Assembly: GCA_046538105.1 (NCBI GenBank)
Contig: JBKHJO010000005.1
Coordinates: forward strand, 916 to 64,915
Reading direction: 5' to 3'
Length of the DNA: 64,000 nt
DNA from: Anaerolineales bacterium
GTDB lineage: Bacteria; Chloroflexota; Anaerolineae; UBA1429
Shown: positions 18,207 to 27,654 of the stretch, piece by piece
How positions within the stretch are numbered: the first letter of the stretch is position 1
Layout of the letters: each line of letters begins with the position of its first letter
The notes under the pieces: model-generated
The model's input: the letters and a program-made list of their open reading frames with translations, nothing else
Told to the model about the DNA's origin: nothing
The model's database searches: none
Position numbers and translations under genes: made by a program

Positions 18207-19943
18207 CTATTTGGCCTCTGACGGGGATTCATTCCCTTTCTCTTCAGAGATTCTCTCTTTGGCATCCCGCAGATCATCGTAGACGCTGAACCATTCTGCA
18301 AGTTCTGCCTGGCGCCTTTGCATCTCTCTTTGCCGTTGCGCCTCGCGAAAGGCCTCAAGGCGACGAAATATCTCGTTCTGTACATCGTGGGGGTTCGGGA
18401 CTCGGTTGAATGTGAAACTCCCCGCACCAGCGGTTTGTATGACAACATCCCCATAGTCAAAGGCCGCTGCCACAAAACTGGGGATTTCCAGACTTACATG
18501 CTGGATCATTCCCAAACTGGCCTCACGTCGCTCCTCCGACACAAAGAGGGGACGCTTATCAATATCCACAATCCGATCGTTCGTCACGATGTAAAGATCA
18601 TTGCCCCAATCGACCATGTTCCACCAGAGCAGCCCTACGAGAAAGATGGTGACGGGAACCAACATGAACGGATAATAGGGATATAACTTTGTCACCAAGG
18701 GTTGCGGAATACCAAAAAAGCCCAGGAGCATCGCCACACTCACGATGAAGCACCAAAAAAGAGGGGCAATGGTCTCCCGGATGAGAAATATCCAGTGTTT
18801 TCTCCATGTGGTGGCCTCTTCAGTCTGCATTCGCGTGCGTGGGATGAGGCCATGCTCTGCCATCCAGGTGAGAAAGTGTGTGATCGGTCCAGGTTGCACT
18901 TGTATCACCGCAGACCCGTTAGTGTGGCCACTATCTTCCAGGCCGCCTCCTTCAGCCACGGCCTCGGAACCCTCCAACCCCAAATGGCGTGCCAGAGTAT
19001 CACGTACGACCTGGCGCTGTTCGGCGTGGCGCGTGGCCTGAGCGCGGGCCATCTCTTCCCAGAGAGCCTCTCTTGCTTCTTCGGGCTTGGGAATGTGGTC
19101 GAACCGTATAGTACCGACGTCGGCGGCCGTTTCGATGACCAAGTCGCCGTAATTCAGCATCTGTCCCACAAAGTCGCGTACTATCCGAAAATCCTGTATT
19201 CGCGCCAGGGGGGCGGCATTTCGTGATTCGTAGAGAAAGGCAACCTGTTCGCGATGGACGACTCTTTGGTTGGAAGCGACAAAGTAATCATTGCGCCAGT
19301 CGACCCAGTGCCAAAGAAAGCTCAAAGCATAGAACGCGGATAGGAGGGAAAACGGGATGGCCGGATTCGGGCTGGGCGTAATCCGCATCCTCAACCAGAA
19401 CAGGATTGCAAAGGAAAGGAGCACGACAAGAGTGCTCACCATCATGGAGCGCACAAACATAATCCAGTGCCTACGGGTATGATATATTATCACTTCCCCA
19501 GGGCCTAACCAGGTATAGTGGGGAGCCTGCAATTTCTCCCTTATATCCGGTCGGACGGTCAACTGTTGGGATAGGCCTTCGTATCTCGAAAGCAGCCCTT
19601 GAAACTCGGGGCGCGTCAGCATCCAAATGCGCATTTCTGTTTTGGCAGTGACGGTGGCATCCCGGGGCTCGCTCAAAAAGAGGGCGGTGGTACCAAAGTA
19701 ATCACCGCGCCGCATCATATTTACGGGACGTTGGAGACCGTCTTCGTCCACCCGGTGGACGGCAGCCTCTCCCTGGCGGATGAGGAAAAAGATACTCCCC
19801 AAGTCCGCCTGGTGGGTCAGTGCAGTCCCCGCCGGAATCACACGCTCTTCACCCGCGTTGGCAACTAACGCAAGATAGTGTTCCGAAAGTTGCTCAAAAA
19901 GGGGGATCCTAGAAAGCTCTTCTACCAGGCTCATCTGTGGCAT
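18207..19943 (-). CDS. Membrane protein: N-terminal cyclic-nucleotide-binding domain plus two TM-hairpin/bPH_2 (YdbS/YdbT-like) modules
   Basis: cNMP fold: IPLFEQLSEHYL...FFLIRQGEAAV...RRGDYFGTTALF...RDATVTA. Two units of the form (TM-TM)-YFVASNQRVVHRE...NYGDLVIETA and (TM-TM)-LYIVTNDRIVDID...DYGDVVIQTA. Confidence 0.75.
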   Translation of the reverse strand: MPQMSLVEELSRIPLFEQLSEHYLALVANAGEERVIPAGTALTHQADLGSIFFLIRQGEAAVHRVDEDGLQRPVNMMRRGDYFGTTALFLSEPRDATVTAKTEMRIWMLTRPEFQGLLSRYEGLSQQLTVRPDIREKLQAPHYTWLGPGEVIIYHTRRHWIMFVRSMMVSTLVVLLSFAILFWLRMRITPSPNPAIPFSLLSAFYALSFLWHWVDWRNDYFVASNQRVVHREQVAFLYESRNAAPLARIQDFRIVRDFVGQMLNYGDLVIETAADVGTIRFDHIPKPEEAREALWEEMARAQATRHAEQRQVVRDTLARHLGLEGSEAVAEGGGLEDSGHTNGSAVIQVQPGPITHFLTWMAEHGLIPRTRMQTEEATTWRKHWIFLIRETIAPLFWCFIVSVAMLLGFFGIPQPLVTKLYPYYPFMLVPVTIFLVGLLWWNMVDWGNDLYIVTNDRIVDIDKRPLFVSEERREASLGMIQHVSLEIPSFVAAAFDYGDVVIQTAGAGSFTFNRVPNPHDVQNEIFRRLEAFREAQRQREMQRRQAELAEWFSVYDDLRDAKERISEEKGNESPSEAK

Positions 19944-20123
19944 TTATATTCCCCGTCCACTGTAACACGGTTATTCTAACAGAATATGGCCATCTCTACA
20001 ATCCGTAGTCGCATGCCTCGTTCATTCGTATTCTCTATCTCTCGGTTGCCAGATGGCAAGTCCCAAAACTCCTGTAAAAACGGCGACGTGAAGTAGCCGC
20101 CCGATGTCATGGGATCGATTTGT

Positions 20124-20152
20124 TTGTGGGCGTGGGGCAGGTATGGTAGAAT
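20124..20152 (+). promoter_or_regulatory. Candidate promoter (TTGTGG-17-TGgTAGAAT) for the LuxR-Kelch operon
   Basis: Hexamers read directly, about 27 nt upstream of the ATG at 20179. Confidence 0.3.
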
Positions 20153-20178
20153 GCTGGATGATGTGTAGAGAGGAAACT

Positions 20179-21519
20179 ATGAGCAGCGAATCTCCAGATG
20201 AACTGAGCGCGCGGGAAAAGGAGATACTGGAGCTGGTCGCCACGGGAGCGACGAACCGGCAGATTGCCACCAGGTTGACCATCAGTGTCAATACAGTCAA
20301 AACACATCTTCGCAACATCTTTACCAAACTCTCCGTCGAGTCTCGGACGGAGGCAGCGTTGTGGGCTGTAAAGTATGGTGTGGTCGAGGTTGAACAGGAG
20401 GGCGTTCCTTTAACACATAAAGAGAACGCGCAAAAGGAGCTGATCGGTTGGGAGTCGGAAAGGCAGTGGCCTCTGCGTATAGGTCAATACCTGGCTCTGG
20501 GTATTTCACTCCTCTTTGTGTTTTTTGTAACCCTTTGGCCAGGCGGTGTTCAAGGAACGGAGGATACGGAAAGCCCCTTTGTGGACCTTCCCGGAGTGAC
20601 GGAGACGGATATTTCTTTGGGTTCCTCTTCGCGGTGGCGGTTAAAGACCCAGTTGCCCACATCCCGCGGGCGTTTTGCTCAAGCACAGATAGGAGAGAAG
20701 ATATTTGTTATCAGCGGATCAGATAATCAGGGATGGAGTGCGGCAGTCGAAGTATACGATGTGATACAGGATAGCTGGGAACGAAAGCGTGATAAGCCCA
20801 CGCCTGTGGCCAACATAGGGGCTGTGTCTATAGATGGCTTGATCTACGTTCCAGGGGGGCTGGATGCATCGAACCAGGTGCGGGATATCCTTGAGGTCTA
20901 TGATCCAGAGGCCGATACGTGGCATGCGTTGACACCCCTGCCGACGCCCCTTTGCGCCTATGCCATCGCTCCTTTTGAAGATGGCTTTTATCTCTTTGGT
21001 GGTTGGAATGGTAATGCATATCTGTCCTCAGTATACTATTATGATGTGTCTTCCGGAACCTGGCATGAAGAAAGGCCCATGAAGACAGCAAAAGCGTTTG
21101 TCGCAGCCGCCACGTTAAAAGATCGGATCTATCTTGTGGGAGGATACGATGGTTCTCAGGAATTCAGTTCGTGCCATTCCTATGATCCCTCGCTCGCTGT
21201 AGAGGGAGGCGACCCATGGCAGGAACATGCCCCCATGAGTATTGCACGGGCGGGACACGCCGTGACGGCGTCCCAAGAGGGGCTTTACGTCGTTGGGGGA
21301 GGATTAAAAACTCCTTTTTCATACAATGAACGCTATGATCTGGGGAACAATGCCTGGTCCAGTTTTGAGAGCCCCATTCTCGATCGCTGGCGTACTTTGG
21401 GAGTTTCGACCATTAACCAAAGGGACGGCACCCATCTTTACGCCGTCGGAGGCTGGAATGGAAAGTATCTTGACGTTGTGGAAACCTATCAAACATCTTT
21501 TCGAGTGTACCTGCCATAG
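20179..21519 (+). CDS. Membrane-anchored LuxR-family HTH regulator with C-terminal Kelch-repeat propeller
   Basis: ATG at 20179 after AGAGAGGAAAC. LSAREKEILELVATGATNRQIATRLTISVNTVKTHLRNIFTKL (LuxR/GerE HTH). TM segment YLALGISLLFVFFVTLW. About 5-6 Kelch units (IYVPGG...W, FYLFGGWNG...W, IYLVGGYDG, LYVVGGG, LYAVGGWNG). Confidence 0.7.
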   Translation: MSSESPDELSAREKEILELVATGATNRQIATRLTISVNTVKTHLRNIFTKLSVESRTEAALWAVKYGVVEVEQEGVPLTHKENAQKELIGWESERQWPLRIGQYLALGISLLFVFFVTLWPGGVQGTEDTESPFVDLPGVTETDISLGSSSRWRLKTQLPTSRGRFAQAQIGEKIFVISGSDNQGWSAAVEVYDVIQDSWERKRDKPTPVANIGAVSIDGLIYVPGGLDASNQVRDILEVYDPEADTWHALTPLPTPLCAYAIAPFEDGFYLFGGWNGNAYLSSVYYYDVSSGTWHEERPMKTAKAFVAAATLKDRIYLVGGYDGSQEFSSCHSYDPSLAVEGGDPWQEHAPMSIARAGHAVTASQEGLYVVGGGLKTPFSYNERYDLGNNAWSSFESPILDRWRTLGVSTINQRDGTHLYAVGGWNGKYLDVVETYQTSFRVYLP

Positions 21520-21535
21520 AAGGGGATAGAGCGCC

Positions 21536-21970
21536 ATGTCTGAGAGTAATGTCTATGAAGCTGACGCGACACTGGTTCAGGGGCTACAATTTGTGGGACG
21601 AGGTGTCGAATCGGGGATTGCTGTAGTTTTGGACGGTGCGGAAGAACATGGCGGGTTGGAAAGCGGCATACGTCCCATGGAGTCTCTGCTCATCAGTCTG
21701 GCCGGTTGTACGGGCATGGACGTCATATCCATCCTGCGCAAAAAGCGCCAGGAGGTGGCGGATTTTCGTGTGGAGGCAAAAGGAGTCCAGGCGGAGGAAC
21801 ATCCCAGGCGTTATGAGCGGATCATCCTGCATTATATCGTCCGGGGTCGCGACGTATCGGAGAAAGCCGTGGCTCGCTCTATTGAGTTATCGCTGAACAA
21901 GTATTGCGGCGTGACGGCCAGTCTCAATAGCGAGATCGATTACGAGTATACAATAGAAGCGTGGAATTGA
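21536..21970 (+). CDS. OsmC/Ohr-family peroxiredoxin-like protein
   Basis: MESLLISLAGCTGMDV...SLNKYCGV, the two conserved Cys contexts of OsmC. Confidence 0.8.
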   Translation: MSESNVYEADATLVQGLQFVGRGVESGIAVVLDGAEEHGGLESGIRPMESLLISLAGCTGMDVISILRKKRQEVADFRVEAKGVQAEEHPRRYERIILHYIVRGRDVSEKAVARSIELSLNKYCGVTASLNSEIDYEYTIEAWN

Positions 21971-23382
21971 TGACCTCAACATACGATATCGTCATCATCG
22001 GAGCGGGACCTGGCGGATATGTGGCTGCCATCCGCGCCGCTCAGCGGGGGGCAAAGGTGGCCCTGGTGGATAAAGAGGGGATAGGGGGTACCTGTCTGAA
22101 TTATGGGTGCATTTCCACCAAAGCTCTGGTACGCGACGCGGAGCTCTATCGCGACGCCACTTCTGGAAGATACTGTGTGGCGGCAGAGGAATCGTTCCGT
22201 CTCGATTTTGCACGTCTCATGGAGCGTAAGCGTGAGGTTGTGGATACCCTCGTCAGCGGTGTCAAGCGATTACTAGATGATTACCGCGTGCAGATATTTC
22301 TCGGTCATGCACGTATCAGGCGTCCGGGATTGGTGGAGGTTTCCGGGCAAGAAGAGGATACACGGTCCCTGTCCTGCCACAATATTATCATTGCCACCGG
22401 CGCTACACCTTCCGGACTGTCCATTCCTGGTACCGATTTGCCTGGTGTTGTCGCCTCGAGGGAACTTTTGTGTATCGACAGCCTGCCCGAACGGTTGCTG
22501 ATCCTGGGAGGGGGAAGTGTGGGGGTCGAGTTTGCCTGCATCTTTCAGGCTCTGGGCACAGATGTCTCTCTTCTGGAACTCAAAAGCCTTGTCCAGGATA
22601 TGGAGCCACAGATCAGTAAAAGATTACGCGCCCATATGATACGCCAGGGTATATCCGTCGCCATTGGCGCTAACCCTAAGACGATAAGCATCAACGATGA
22701 CGGTTCGCTGCGGGTAGAATATGAGCAAAATGATGAAAAGACGTTTGCTGAAGGAGATGTTGTCCTCCTGGCTACCGGACGTCGGCCCAATACGGAGGCA
22801 TTGGGACTGGAAACGGTGGGCGTCGACACCAATGGACCGGTCATCAAGGTGAATGAATGGTTGCAGACCAGTGTACCAAACATATACGCCATCGGCGACT
22901 GCACCGGTGGGTATATGTTTGCCCATGTGGCTTCCTACGAGGCGGAGGTCGCCGTGGAAAACATTCTGGGAGAAAAGCGCGAGGCCGATTATCGTGTGGT
23001 GCCGACGTGTATTTTCACCATGCCCGAGATCGCCGGGGTGGGGATGACCGAGGAAGCCGCGGACGAGGCTGGATTGCCATATACGGTGACCCGTTTCCCC
23101 TTTCGAGCAAATGGGCGGGCATTGGCCGTGGGGGAGGCAGATGGCCAGATACGTATGCTCTGTGAGAAGACCCCCGCCGGAGAGGGAGGGAAGGTGCTTG
23201 GGGTGCATATCATCGGGCCTCATGCGGGCGATCTGATAGCCGAAGCTGCTCTCGCCATGCGCCTTGGAGCCACGGCCGAGGATATCGCACAGACGATTCA
23301 TGCGCATCCAACGATGCCTGAGGCGATGATGGAAGCCGCCATGGCTCATTACCTGGGCGCCATTCACTTTAAGCAAAGATAG
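21970..23382 (+). CDS. lpdA: Dihydrolipoyl dehydrogenase
   Basis: YDIVIIGAGPGGYVAAIRAAQ, redox-active GGTCLNYGCISTKAL and C-terminal HAHPTMPE. The ATG overlaps the osmC stop (TGATG). Confidence 0.9.
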   Translation: MTSTYDIVIIGAGPGGYVAAIRAAQRGAKVALVDKEGIGGTCLNYGCISTKALVRDAELYRDATSGRYCVAAEESFRLDFARLMERKREVVDTLVSGVKRLLDDYRVQIFLGHARIRRPGLVEVSGQEEDTRSLSCHNIIIATGATPSGLSIPGTDLPGVVASRELLCIDSLPERLLILGGGSVGVEFACIFQALGTDVSLLELKSLVQDMEPQISKRLRAHMIRQGISVAIGANPKTISINDDGSLRVEYEQNDEKTFAEGDVVLLATGRRPNTEALGLETVGVDTNGPVIKVNEWLQTSVPNIYAIGDCTGGYMFAHVASYEAEVAVENILGEKREADYRVVPTCIFTMPEIAGVGMTEEAADEAGLPYTVTRFPFRANGRALAVGEADGQIRMLCEKTPAGEGGKVLGVHIIGPHAGDLIAEAALAMRLGATAEDIAQTIHAHPTMPEAMMEAAMAHYLGAIHFKQR

Positions 23383-23403
23383 AGAGGGAACGACACTGGC
23401 AAT

Positions 23404-23688
23404 ATGATCATCGGAGTGTGTACGTTGGAGTTGCAGATCTATGGAAGCGCATCATTAAAGCAAAAACGCCGGGTGGTGCAGTCGGTGCTGGATAGGGTGC
23501 GCAACGAGTTCAACGTCTCTACGGCCGAGGTGGATCACCAGGATAGTTGGCAACTTGCTACCCTGGCCTTTGCCTGTGTGGCCTCGGATGGGGGGTACGT
23601 GCAGGGGTTACTGCAGCGCGTCGTGGACTTTGTGGATAGTAAAAGGTTTAATCTGGTTCTTTTAGATTATCGGATCGAGTTGTTCTAG
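23404..23688 (+). CDS. DUF503 (YlxP-like) protein
   Basis: MIIGVCTLELQIYGSASLKQKRRVVQSVLDRVRNEFNVSTAEV matches the DUF503 pattern as I remember it. Confidence 0.7.
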   Translation: MIIGVCTLELQIYGSASLKQKRRVVQSVLDRVRNEFNVSTAEVDHQDSWQLATLAFACVASDGGYVQGLLQRVVDFVDSKRFNLVLLDYRIELF

Positions 23689-23731
23689 AACCGTCTAGCA
23701 TGACGTGGGGACGATACAAAAGGGGAGAAGC

Positions 23732-24019
23732 ATGGTATTTCGAATCCTGGCCATCGCAAGAGATTGCTCAATCCTACTTTTGGGGATAGAGATCTTTATC
23801 CTGCTGTTATTACCCATTTTCACTCTCTGGTATGTGACCCATTGGCTGAAGGATTTCATACCGCAGATGACCCATACCTTGGAGGATGTGAAAGGGGGAT
23901 GGATCCGTGTGCTTTCTTATATCCACCTCGCCTTGGCACATATCAGAGCGCCGTTCTTGTGGATAGCAAGCAAGCGCGAGGGGCTAAAGGTATTTTTATC
24001 ATGGATGAAATCCGCCTGA
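23732..24019 (+). CDS. Small hypothetical membrane protein
   Basis: ATG after AAAGGGGAGAAGC. One or two hydrophobic helices (ILLLGIEIFILLLLPIFTLWYV). No family recognised. Confidence 0.4.
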   Translation: MVFRILAIARDCSILLLGIEIFILLLLPIFTLWYVTHWLKDFIPQMTHTLEDVKGGWIRVLSYIHLALAHIRAPFLWIASKREGLKVFLSWMKSA

Positions 24020-24231
24020 CGAAAACAAGGAGGCTGGCTGTGCAGAGAAGTAAAAAGTACATCGTAGAGGGTGCTGTATTGGGTGCTGTATTGGGCATGG
24101 TGGTGGGCTGGTTATATAGCCGTCGCCTTGACGATGTTAACGACGAGGAGGTGAAAGAGATAGATACGAAACGCGTGATGCGTCTCGTATGGTCGGGACT
24201 CGGCCTTGTGAGAGAAATAGCCGAGTTGTAA
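24001..24231 (+). CDS. Small hypothetical single-TM protein
   Basis: Internal ATG of ORF 23764..24231. VEGAVLGAVLGMVVGWLY helix. No family recognised. Confidence 0.3.
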   Translation: MDEIRLTKTRRLAVQRSKKYIVEGAVLGAVLGMVVGWLYSRRLDDVNDEEVKEIDTKRVMRLVWSGLGLVREIAEL

Positions 24232-24351
24232 CATAACTTCAGACCAAAAGGTATTGTAATAAGGATAGCAAGCGAGGTCGTGCTATCCGCGTTCTCCCTT
24301 TTCGAAGGCCTCGTTTATATATGTGGTTCGTACTTTTTTTCACAAGGATAT

Positions 24352-24379
24352 TTGACGTGGGCATCACGCCAGATATAAT
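24352..24379 (+). promoter_or_regulatory. Near-consensus sigma-70 promoter (TTGACG-16-TATAAT) upstream of nfnAB
   Basis: Read directly from the sequence, about 48 nt upstream of the GTG start at 24427. Confidence 0.45.
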
Positions 24380-24426
24380 TTTATGCTAGTGTGATTTTTC
24401 AGATTCGTTTGTTAGGAGGCGTTTTT

Positions 24427-25269
24427 GTGTATCGTATTTTGAAAAAAGAGGTTCTGACGCCTGTGGCAAAACTGTACGCCATAGAGGCGCCAGAGATTGC
24501 CCAAAAAGCGCAGGCTGGGCATTTTGTGATTTTGCGTGTTAATGAACCGGGAGAACGTATTCCTCTCACGATTGCGGATTATGATCGCGAGGAAGGCACG
24601 GTGACCATCGTCGTTCAGGAGGTGGGCAAGACGACCAAATTGTTGGGAACGTTGGAGGAGGGGGATAGTCTGGCCAGTTTTGCTGGTCCGCTGGGCACAC
24701 CTACGGAAATTGAGAATTATGGTACGACCCTCGTCGTTGGCGGGGGATTAGGTATCGCTCCCATCTATCCCATATGTCGCGCCCTGCGCGAGGCGGGAAA
24801 TACGGTCATCGGCATCATTGGCGCGCGGAGTGGCGACCTCCTCTTCTGGGAAGAAGAATTGAGCAGCGTGACGGATGAACTGATCGTCTGCACCGACGAT
24901 GGGAGCTACGGGCGGGGAGCCTTGGTTACCGTACCTATGAAGGAACTCATGGAATCCGACAGGGAGATCGATCGTGTCTGGGCAATCGGCCCGGCTATCA
25001 TGATGAAGTTCGCTGCCCTTACCACGCAGCCGTATGGCGTCAAGACGATCGTAAGCCTGAACTCTATCATGGTCGATGGTACTGGGATGTGTGGCTCCTG
25101 CCGCGTGTCCGTTGGGGGACGCACACGCTTTGCTTGTGTGGATGGTCCCGAGTTCGATGGGCATGAGGTGGATTGGGATCTGCTTTTGAGTCGCCAGCGA
25201 ATATATACGGACATGGAAACGGTGGCATTGGAACAGTACGAACGCGAACTGGCTAACGTGCGCGCATAG
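24427..25269 (+). CDS. nfnA: NfnA-type ferredoxin:NADP oxidoreductase small subunit (sulfide dehydrogenase SudB / PyrK-like; FAD plus [2Fe-2S])
   Basis: GTG at 24427, 7 nt after AGGAGG. YRILKKEVLTPVAKLYAIEAPEIAQKAQAGHFVILRV...RIPLTIADYD. C-terminal CGSCRV...C cluster. Confidence 0.75.
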   Translation: MYRILKKEVLTPVAKLYAIEAPEIAQKAQAGHFVILRVNEPGERIPLTIADYDREEGTVTIVVQEVGKTTKLLGTLEEGDSLASFAGPLGTPTEIENYGTTLVVGGGLGIAPIYPICRALREAGNTVIGIIGARSGDLLFWEEELSSVTDELIVCTDDGSYGRGALVTVPMKELMESDREIDRVWAIGPAIMMKFAALTTQPYGVKTIVSLNSIMVDGTGMCGSCRVSVGGRTRFACVDGPEFDGHEVDWDLLLSRQRIYTDMETVALEQYERELANVRA

Positions 25270-25284
25270 GAGATAATATAAAGT

Positions 25285-26718
25285 ATGGCAAAAGCCAATA
25301 AAAAAAGGATCCCGCGTCAGGAAATGCCCAAGCAGGATCCAGAAGAGAGAGTAAACAACTTTGACGAAGTACCCCTTGGTTTTACCATGGAACTGGCCGT
25401 TACCGAGGCTAACCGCTGCATTCAGTGCAAGCGGCCAGCCTGTGTTACAGGCTGCCCCGTACAGGTACGAATCCCCGAGTTCATCAAAGCGCTTCGTGAG
25501 GGGGAGATGGAAGAGGCCGCCGATATTCTAAAGGATACCAATAGTCTGCCCGCCGTCTGCGGCCGTGTTTGTCCTCAAGAAACCCAATGTGAGGAAAAGT
25601 GTGTGCTGGGGCGGCGGGGTGAGCCGGTGGCCATCGGGCGATTGGAACGTTTTGTGGCCGATTGGGAGCGAGAGCATCTCGAGACCGATAAAGGTATTTC
25701 GCGAGAGAGCAATGGCAAACGGGTGGCCGTTATCGGGTCTGGCCCGGCAGGACTTACCGCCGGAGGTGACCTGGCCAAGCGGGGCTATGATGTGGATATC
25801 CTCGAGTCCTTGCACAAACCGGGGGGCGTTCTGGTGTATGGAATCCCCGAGTTCAGGCTGCCCAAGGATATCGTGGCTGCTGAGATCGATTATGTGAAAA
25901 GCCTGGGTGTTGACATAAAGACAGATACGGTAGTGGGCAAATTATACACATTGGATGAACTCCTGGAAGAATACGAGGCCATCTTTTTGGCCACGGGAGC
26001 CGGCCTTCCCATCATCATACATATGCCCGGCGAGAACTTTAATGGTGTTTACTCGGCCAACGAGTTGCTGACGCGCACCAATCTGATGAAGGGTTATCTC
26101 TTTCCCGAATGGGACACGCCGGTCAAGGTGGGGGACAAAGTGGCCGTCATCGGCGCGGGCAACGTGGCCATGGATTCTGCCCGATGTTCCCTGCGTCTGG
26201 GAGCCGAGGAAGTGCATATCGTCTATCGCCGCTCGCGCAGCGAGGCGCCGGCCCGCGAAGAGGAGATAGAGAATGCCGAAGCCGAGGATATCAGATTTGA
26301 CTTTTTAACTAATCCCATCGAGATCTACGGCGATGAGGAGGGATCGGTGACGGGGATGCGCTGCGTGCGCATGGAACTGGGAGAGCCCGACGAGAGCGGA
26401 CGCCCACGTCCTATCCCCATCGAGGGCTCCGAGTTCGACATGGAGGTCGATACCGTAGTAATGGCCATAGGTACCCGTCCCAATCCGCTGGTCTTTACCG
26501 ATGCGGAAGATCTGGAGCGTACCCGCTGGGGCACGGTCGTCGCAGATGAGGAGACCGGCCGCACCAAGGTAGAGGGCGTCTGGGCCGGCGGCGATATCGT
26601 GACCGGGGCGGCCACGGTGATAAGCGCCATGGGTGCAGGTCGCGTGGCTGCAGAGGATATGCACCGATACCTTCAGAATGGGGCAGAAGAACCGTGGTGG
26701 CCTGAGGAAAAAAAGTAG
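25285..26718 (+). CDS. nfnB: NfnB-type subunit (glutamate synthase small-chain-like NADPH oxidoreductase)
   Basis: CIQCKRPACVTGCP, CGRVCPQETQCEEKC, VAVIGSGPAGLTAGGDLAKRG and VAVIGAGNVAMDSAR. Confidence 0.8.
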   Translation: MAKANKKRIPRQEMPKQDPEERVNNFDEVPLGFTMELAVTEANRCIQCKRPACVTGCPVQVRIPEFIKALREGEMEEAADILKDTNSLPAVCGRVCPQETQCEEKCVLGRRGEPVAIGRLERFVADWEREHLETDKGISRESNGKRVAVIGSGPAGLTAGGDLAKRGYDVDILESLHKPGGVLVYGIPEFRLPKDIVAAEIDYVKSLGVDIKTDTVVGKLYTLDELLEEYEAIFLATGAGLPIIIHMPGENFNGVYSANELLTRTNLMKGYLFPEWDTPVKVGDKVAVIGAGNVAMDSARCSLRLGAEEVHIVYRRSRSEAPAREEEIENAEAEDIRFDFLTNPIEIYGDEEGSVTGMRCVRMELGEPDESGRPRPIPIEGSEFDMEVDTVVMAIGTRPNPLVFTDAEDLERTRWGTVVADEETGRTKVEGVWAGGDIVTGAATVISAMGAGRVAAEDMHRYLQNGAEEPWWPEEKK

Positions 26719-26814
26719 CCACCATGACCGCCCTTTTCCATTAGGTTAGGTACGGGCTTGGGCTTTGCAAACCCGTATAACACACAGGAAAGGCTTGAAA
26801 GAGGGAGAAGTATC

Positions 26815-27561
26815 ATGACAGAAAAGATCCGCGTCACGGTGTGGAATGAGTACCGCCATGAAAAGACTCATAGGGAGGTAGCGGAGGTATATCCTGAGGG
26901 CATTCATGGACAGATCGCCGCTTTCCTCGGGGCGCAGAAGGATATCGAGACACATACGGCCACCCTGGACGAACCGGAGCATGGTCTGACGGAGGAAATC
27001 CTGAACAATACGGACGTGCTGACGTGGTGGGGGCACATGGCCCATGGGGAAGTCGAGGATGAGGTCGTGGACCGCGTACAGAAGCGGGTACTTGATGGCA
27101 TGGGATTGATCGTCCTCCACTCGGCTCATTTTTCCAGGATATTCAAGCGCTTGATGGGCACCAACTGCAGCCTCAAGTGGCGAGAGGTGGGGGAGCGGGA
27201 ACGAATGTGGGTGGTGGATCCGGCTCATCCCATCGTTCAAGGCTTGGGCGAGTATTTTGAGATTCCCCATGTCGAAATGTACGGTGAGTTCTTTGATATT
27301 CCACAGCCCGATGCTCTGGTCTTTGTCAGCTGGTTTCAGGGGGGAGAGGTATTTCGTAGTGGAGCCGCTTACCATCGCGGCAAGGGCAAAGTGTTCTACT
27401 TTCGTCCTGGCCATGAAACATTTCCCATCTACTATCAAGAGGAAGTGCAGCGGGTTATGATCAACGCTGTCCGTTGGGCGGCACCCGTGAGTGGGCCCTA
27501 TACAGATCTCCGCGATTGTCAACAGTACGAGCCTCTCGAAGAGTTCAAGGTGGAGGAATGA
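26815..27561 (+). CDS. ThuA-like (trehalose utilisation) GATase-fold protein
   Basis: ATG after [23 protein letters not shown]...[10 protein letters not shown]...[12 protein letters not shown]. Confidence 0.7.
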   Translation: MTEKIRVTVWNEYRHEKTHREVAEVYPEGIHGQIAAFLGAQKDIETHTATLDEPEHGLTEEILNNTDVLTWWGHMAHGEVEDEVVDRVQKRVLDGMGLIVLHSAHFSRIFKRLMGTNCSLKWREVGERERMWVVDPAHPIVQGLGEYFEIPHVEMYGEFFDIPQPDALVFVSWFQGGEVFRSGAAYHRGKGKVFYFRPGHETFPIYYQEEVQRVMINAVRWAAPVSGPYTDLRDCQQYEPLEEFKVEE

Positions 27562-27608
27562 ACTGACCGTCTCATTTCCCTCGACGGGGGCATGTTTAGG
27601 ACGACCGA

Positions 27609-27641
27609 GGGCGCATCGCAGTAATCGCGATGCGCCCTTTT
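27609..27641 (+). terminator. Rho-independent terminator between the convergent thuA-like and bshA genes
   Basis: GGGCGCATCGC-AGTAATC-GCGATGCGCCC followed by TTTT. Confidence 0.55.
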
Positions 27642-27654
27642 GGAATTTCCAAGA

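Noticed and set aside
18206-18475. Upstream 90 codons of the listed 586-aa sulfatase ORF
   Set aside because: This part overlaps the 3' end of the cNMP-binding gene in another frame and has no sulfatase similarity. The ATG at 18205 sits 1 nt after the upstream stop.
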